Below the pieces are notes generated by a model that worked only from the letters and a program-made list of their open reading frames with translations, ran no database searches and had not been told where the DNA came from. Of a stretch of DNA of 32,000 nucleotides, positions 28,017 through 32,000 are shown one piece after another. The DNA lies in the NCBI RefSeq assembly GCF_000011805.1, contig NC_006840.2; one strand, given 5' to 3'. Each line of letters begins with the position of its first letter. The first letter of the stretch is position 1. This DNA comes from Aliivibrio fischeri ES114. Its GTDB lineage: Bacteria > Pseudomonadota > Gammaproteobacteria > Enterobacterales > Vibrionaceae. Both the position numbers and the translations under genes were made by a program.

Positions 28017-29207
28017 TTAAGCGTTTAATGCGTCTTGATAGCGGTGTAACCCTTCTTCAAGATCGTGAATCAGATCTTCAACATCTTCTAATCCAATGTG
28101 AACACGGATTAACGTTCCTTTAAAGTTTGGATTAGCTATGGTTCTTAATGCATTGAAGCTTCGAGGCTCATTGGCAAGAATAAGGCTTTCAAATCCTCCC
28201 CATGAATACCCCATACTAAAATGTGTCATACCATCTAACAGTGCTGTGGTAGCTTTAGTATCTGATTGTTTTAAAACAAAGGAAAATAAACCATTACAGC
28301 CTTTGAAATCACGTTGGTAAAACTCATGACCTGGGCAACTAGCAAGAGCAGGGTGGCGAACATGATCCACTAATGGATGTGCTTCTAACCATTTAGCGAC
28401 TTTGATGCTGCTCTTTTCATGTTGTTTTAATCGAACGCCCATGGTGCGAATACCACGCATTGCAAGATACGCATCATCAGGAGAAATACATTGCCCCATT
28501 AAATAACTTTGCTCACGCAGTTGATCCCAATGTTTTTCGTTAGCAACTGCAGTGCCTAACATCACATCCGAGTGACCAACGATGTATTTGGTTGCTGCTT
28601 GTACAGAAATATCTACACCGTGCTCAAAAGGGGCAAGATTAACACCCGCACCCCATGTATTATCGAGTATTACTGTAATATCTGTTTCGTGCGCAATACG
28701 ACTAAGGGTAGGTAAATCTTGAACTTCCATGGTGATAGAACACGGAGATTCAGTAAATAAAACCGTTGTATTTGGGCGGATAAGTTCGCGAATACCTTCA
28801 CCAATCATTGGGTCATAATAGGTGGTTTCTATCCCCATTCGTTTCAAGACGGTTTCACAATAGTCACGGGTCGGTTCATAACAACCGTCCACCATTAAAA
28901 TGTGATCACCTGTTTTAACAAAGGCTAAAATGGTATTAGCGATAGCAGCCGTACCACAAGGGTATAAAGCACAGCCTGCACCACCTTCAAGCTCAACCAT
29001 GGCATCTTGTAGAGCAAAGTGGGTTTCGGTCCCACGACGCCCATAGAAAAGCGTTTGTTTCGCACGGTTGACCATAGCGTGATTTTTTTCTGCAACCGTA
29101 TTAAACACCACTGTAGAAGCTCGTTGTACTGGTGGGTTAACTACGCCTTTTGTCCATTTTTTGCTACGACCAGCGATGACGTATTTGGTATCTAGTTTTT
29201 CTGACAT
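28017..29207 (-). CDS. metC: Cystathionine beta-lyase, PLP-dependent Cys/Met metabolism family
   Basis: RRGTETHFALQDAMVELEGGAGCALYPCGTAAI ... VQAATKYIVGHSDVMLG ... SWGGFESL. Start chosen at MSEKLDTKY (29207); the ORF track adds 19 unlikely residues. Confidence 0.92.
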   Translation of the reverse strand: MSEKLDTKYVIAGRSKKWTKGVVNPPVQRASTVVFNTVAEKNHAMVNRAKQTLFYGRRGTETHFALQDAMVELEGGAGCALYPCGTAAIANTILAFVKTGDHILMVDGCYEPTRDYCETVLKRMGIETTYYDPMIGEGIRELIRPNTTVLFTESPCSITMEVQDLPTLSRIAHETDITVILDNTWGAGVNLAPFEHGVDISVQAATKYIVGHSDVMLGTAVANEKHWDQLREQSYLMGQCISPDDAYLAMRGIRTMGVRLKQHEKSSIKVAKWLEAHPLVDHVRHPALASCPGHEFYQRDFKGCNGLFSFVLKQSDTKATTALLDGMTHFSMGYSWGGFESLILANEPRSFNALRTIANPNFKGTLIRVHIGLEDVEDLIHDLEEGLHRYQDALNA

Positions 29208-29351
29208 ATGAATCCATTCAATAAAAAGTAAGCAATACACCCATAAAGCCAAAATGAGCACCAAATATCAAGGAATAAAGTGAATTGAGGTCGAATAAAT
29301 TTTTTTTGCTGCTAAAATCACATCATCGTTAATCTCAGAGTTGAATATCAA

Positions 29352-29702
29352 ATGCAACAGAATGAATTTGAAACATTAGTTAAAGAACTGTGTAAGAAAG
29401 AAAATCTACCTCAAGTGCTAGAAGCATTAAAAACGTGTGAAGACCAAGACATTGTTGAAGCAGCTCAATCGCTAGCAGGTCAGTTCCGTCTTGCAGAAGT
29501 AGAAGGTGAGCAACGTATTTATCATGTATTTACTGATGAAGACGAAAATGGTGAAGAGCAAGAGCTTGCAGAGTGGATCATGAACGAAGGTGATGATGTT
29601 ATTAAATTCATCGCTTGGTTCTTCTATGCAATGTTTGATATGAAGCAAAAAGAAACGTATCAAGCAGCGGGTAAAACTTACCAACAGCCAAAGCGTTCTT
29701 AG
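29352..29702 (+). CDS. DUF3069-like protein
   Basis: 116 aa acidic protein; EWIMNEGDDVIKFIAWFFYAMFDMKQKETYQAAGKTYQQ. Confidence 0.65.
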   Translation: MQQNEFETLVKELCKKENLPQVLEALKTCEDQDIVEAAQSLAGQFRLAEVEGEQRIYHVFTDEDENGEEQELAEWIMNEGDDVIKFIAWFFYAMFDMKQKETYQAAGKTYQQPKRS

Positions 29703-29722
29703 ATCTTTATCACAAAAATCAC

Positions 29723-29754
29723 AAGCCAATAAGATGATATTATTGGCTTTATTA
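29723..29754 (+). terminator. Terminator-like hairpin after the DUF3069-like gene
   Basis: AAGCCAATAA-GATGATA-TTATTGGCTT (10-bp perfect stem) then TATTAT. Confidence 0.6.
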
Positions 29755-29943
29755 TCAATAGGTTAAGTTTTAATGCGCCTTTCGTTTTTTATCTACTACT
29801 AAAGTATGACTCACTTCTCAGTTTTATTGTAACGCTCTCTTCCTTATTGCAGTTTTTGTCTTAGATCAAAAAGTTATTACCTGTATCAATGTTAAAACAT
29901 AAACAGTTCTTAAAAATTTATATAAATACTAATGGAGTTGGTT

Positions 29944-31089
29944 ATGAGTGCATTTTTTATCCCTACAGTAAACTTAATGGGTGCAGGTTGTCTTACAGAA
30001 GCGATGGACAGCATTAAATCACAAGGTTACAAAAAGGGTCTTATCGTTACTGATAACGTACTAGTTGCAATTGGTATGGTTAAACAAGTATCAGATTTAT
30101 TAGCAGAGCGCGGTGTTGAAGTTGCTGTGTTTGATGGTACGCAACCAAACCCAACAATCGGTAACGTAAATGCAGGTTTAAAAATTCTTAAAGATAATGA
30201 GTGTGACTTCGTTATCTCTTTAGGTGGTGGTTCTCCTCACGATTGTGCTAAAGGTATTGCTTTAGTTGCTGCAAATGGTGGTGAGATTGCTGATTATGAA
30301 GGTGTTGATCAGTCAGCTAAGCCACAATTGCCTCTAATTGCAATTAATACAACGGCTGGTACGGCATCTGAAATGACGCGTTTCTGTATCATTACTGATG
30401 AAGCTCGTCACATTAAGATGGCGATTGTAGATAAGCACACGACACCATTGATGTCTGTAAATGATCCTGAATTAATGCTTGCTAAACCTGCATCATTAAC
30501 AGCAGCAACAGGTATGGATGCGTTAACGCACGCTATTGAAGCATACGTATCAATTGCAGCAACACCAGTAACTGATGCTGTAGCAATTAAAGCAATGGAA
30601 CTTATCCAAGCGCATTTACGTACAGCGGTTAACGACGGTCAAAACCTAGAAGCTCGTGAGCAAATGGCTTATGCACAATTCATGGCGGGCATGGCATTTA
30701 ACAATGCGTCTTTAGGTTATGTTCACGCAATGGCACACCAACTAGGTGGTTTCTACGACCTTCCACACGGCGTATGTAATGCGATTCTTCTTCCTCACGT
30801 ACAAAGCTACAATGCTAAAGTATGTCCAGAACGTCTAAAAGACGTTGCAAAAGCAATGGGCGTAAACGTTGAAGGCATGACAAATGAAGAAGGCGCTCAA
30901 GCTGCATTAGAAGCGATTAAACAATTATCACAAGATGTTGGTATTCCTTCTGGTCTAACAGAGCTTAACGCTAAAGAAGAAGATTTTGATACGCTTGCTG
31001 AAAATGCATTAAAAGATGCATGTGGTTTTACTAACCCTAAACAAGCGACGCACGAAGAAATCGTAAGTATCTTCAAAGCAGCAATGTAA
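29944..31089 (+). CDS. Iron-containing alcohol dehydrogenase
   Basis: [21 protein letters not shown] ... [21 protein letters not shown] ... [19 protein letters not shown] ... [14 protein letters not shown] ... [20 protein letters not shown]. Start refined to the ATG at 29944, preceded by GGAG at 29934-29937. Confidence 0.94.
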   Translation: MSAFFIPTVNLMGAGCLTEAMDSIKSQGYKKGLIVTDNVLVAIGMVKQVSDLLAERGVEVAVFDGTQPNPTIGNVNAGLKILKDNECDFVISLGGGSPHDCAKGIALVAANGGEIADYEGVDQSAKPQLPLIAINTTAGTASEMTRFCIITDEARHIKMAIVDKHTTPLMSVNDPELMLAKPASLTAATGMDALTHAIEAYVSIAATPVTDAVAIKAMELIQAHLRTAVNDGQNLEAREQMAYAQFMAGMAFNNASLGYVHAMAHQLGGFYDLPHGVCNAILLPHVQSYNAKVCPERLKDVAKAMGVNVEGMTNEEGAQAALEAIKQLSQDVGIPSGLTELNAKEEDFDTLAENALKDACGFTNPKQATHEEIVSIFKAAM

Positions 31090-31121
31090 TTATTATAGAT
31101 AAAAGTATTAATTAGTTTTAG

Positions 31122-31151
31122 AAAGGTCTAACAATAGTTAGGCCTTTTTTT
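31122..31151 (+). terminator. Intrinsic terminator after the alcohol dehydrogenase gene
   Basis: AAAGGTCTAAC-AATA-GTTAGGCCTT followed by T-run. Confidence 0.88.
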
Positions 31152-31248
31152 TGATTCTTGCTTCCACGTTAGGGTATGCTTATGATCTTTTTATCTGATT
31201 AAGTCGTAGAAGATGTGATCTTCTCATTAAAAAAGGCAGTAAATTAGC

Positions 31249-31848
31249 ATGGCAAACGTAAGAGCTCGTATAGAGTTAATGGTAGGGCAAAAAAGTAATA
31301 TCCCTGCGGAGATGCTTTCATTTGAAGGGCTAGAGACTGACAAAGAGCACGTTGCTGTTGTTTTTAATCAAGCTGATAAACATCAATCCACTCCCTTAGT
31401 ACGTATGCATTCTGAGTGTTTAACAGGGGATGTCTTTCATTCATCTCGTTGTGATTGTGGTGAACAATTAGAAGAAACTATTAATCGTATGTCTGAAAGT
31501 GGCGGTATTATTTTATACCTACGCCAAGAGGGACGCGGTATTGGTTTATATAATAAATTAGATGCTTATGAATTACAGAGCCAAGGTATGAATACCTATG
31601 AGGCAAATAATCATTTAGGATTTGGTGATGATTTACGTGACTTCAAAGAAGCGGCACAAATGCTTGAAGCACTGAATATATCTAAGATAAAGCTAGTTAC
31701 GAATAATCCAAAAAAGATTAAGGATATTCAAAACTACGGTATTGAAATTGATGAAGTTGTTAATACTCATGCCCATGTAAAACAAGGCAACGAGCATTAT
31801 TTACATTCAAAGGCCGCACACGGGCATAAGTTAAATTTTGATAAATAA
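31249..31848 (+). CDS. ribA: GTP cyclohydrolase II
   Basis: 199 aa; [25 protein letters not shown] ... [17 protein letters not shown] ... TNNPKKI. Confidence 0.96.
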   Translation: MANVRARIELMVGQKSNIPAEMLSFEGLETDKEHVAVVFNQADKHQSTPLVRMHSECLTGDVFHSSRCDCGEQLEETINRMSESGGIILYLRQEGRGIGLYNKLDAYELQSQGMNTYEANNHLGFGDDLRDFKEAAQMLEALNISKIKLVTNNPKKIKDIQNYGIEIDEVVNTHAHVKQGNEHYLHSKAAHGHKLNFDK

Positions 31849-31869
31849 TATTGTCTTTATTATTAACTG

Positions 31870-31901
31870 TTAAAAACCTCACTTATTTGTGGGGTTTTTT
31901 T
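31870..31901 (+). terminator. Intrinsic terminator after ribA
   Basis: AAACCTCAC-TTATTT-GTGGGGTTTTTTT. Confidence 0.87.
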
Positions 31902-32000
31902 ATGAGTTACACAAAATCGGTAAAATAAATGATAAGGATTTGCATTTAGATTCAGAATGAGTATATTACGCAAATAAAAATTATTATCATTAATGAATTC

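Noticed and set aside
29208-29264. N-terminal hydrophobic extension (MVLILALWVYCLLFIEWIH) of MetC in the ORF track
   Set aside because: Cystathionine beta-lyase is cytosolic and homologues begin near MSEKLDTK. The extension is probably upstream non-coding sequence.
1-32000. CRISPR array, toxin-antitoxin, phage-defence island, tRNA or rRNA
   Set aside because: No regularly spaced repeats, integrase, transposase or defence-like domain seen. sbcCD is the ordinary housekeeping nuclease.

Overview
This AT-rich gammaproteobacterial window looks like a Vibrionaceae/Aliivibrio-type chromosome. It carries about 24 well-supported protein genes with mostly housekeeping or transport roles. In order they are: a three-gene MacB-like ABC exporter (two FtsX-type permeases plus an ATPase); an endonuclease/exonuclease/phosphatase-family protein; sbcD-sbcC; an acyl-CoA thioesterase; a DUF2000-like protein; two tandem TyrP-like aromatic amino acid permeases; two tandem DUF2799-like lipoproteins (a third copy lies further on); an AP2-like small protein; sdaA, sdaC, nudL and pabB on the minus strand; a class I fumarase; an RND efflux operon with two adaptors; a DUF2750-like protein; metC; a DUF3069-like protein; an iron-containing alcohol dehydrogenase; and ribA. 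I see no CRISPR array, rRNA or tRNA gene, phage or insertion element. The strongest candidate for something undescribed is a ~495-nt 5' region upstream of the first tyrP-like gene. It contains an unannotated 54-codon ORF (10762..10926) with a good Shine-Dalgarno. Its C-terminal 22 codons are 50% Phe/Tyr (FFSSQFLAFHFFSYFRFLRFYS), it sits in a pyrimidine-rich tract, and it is flanked by hairpins. This fits a nascent-peptide or attenuation leader controlling aromatic amino acid uptake. Secondary signals are a G8 tract at the ATPase start (possible slippage), long inverted repeats between genes, a structure that would sequester the ribosome-binding site of a lipoprotein gene, and an intercistronic hairpin between sdaC and sdaA.
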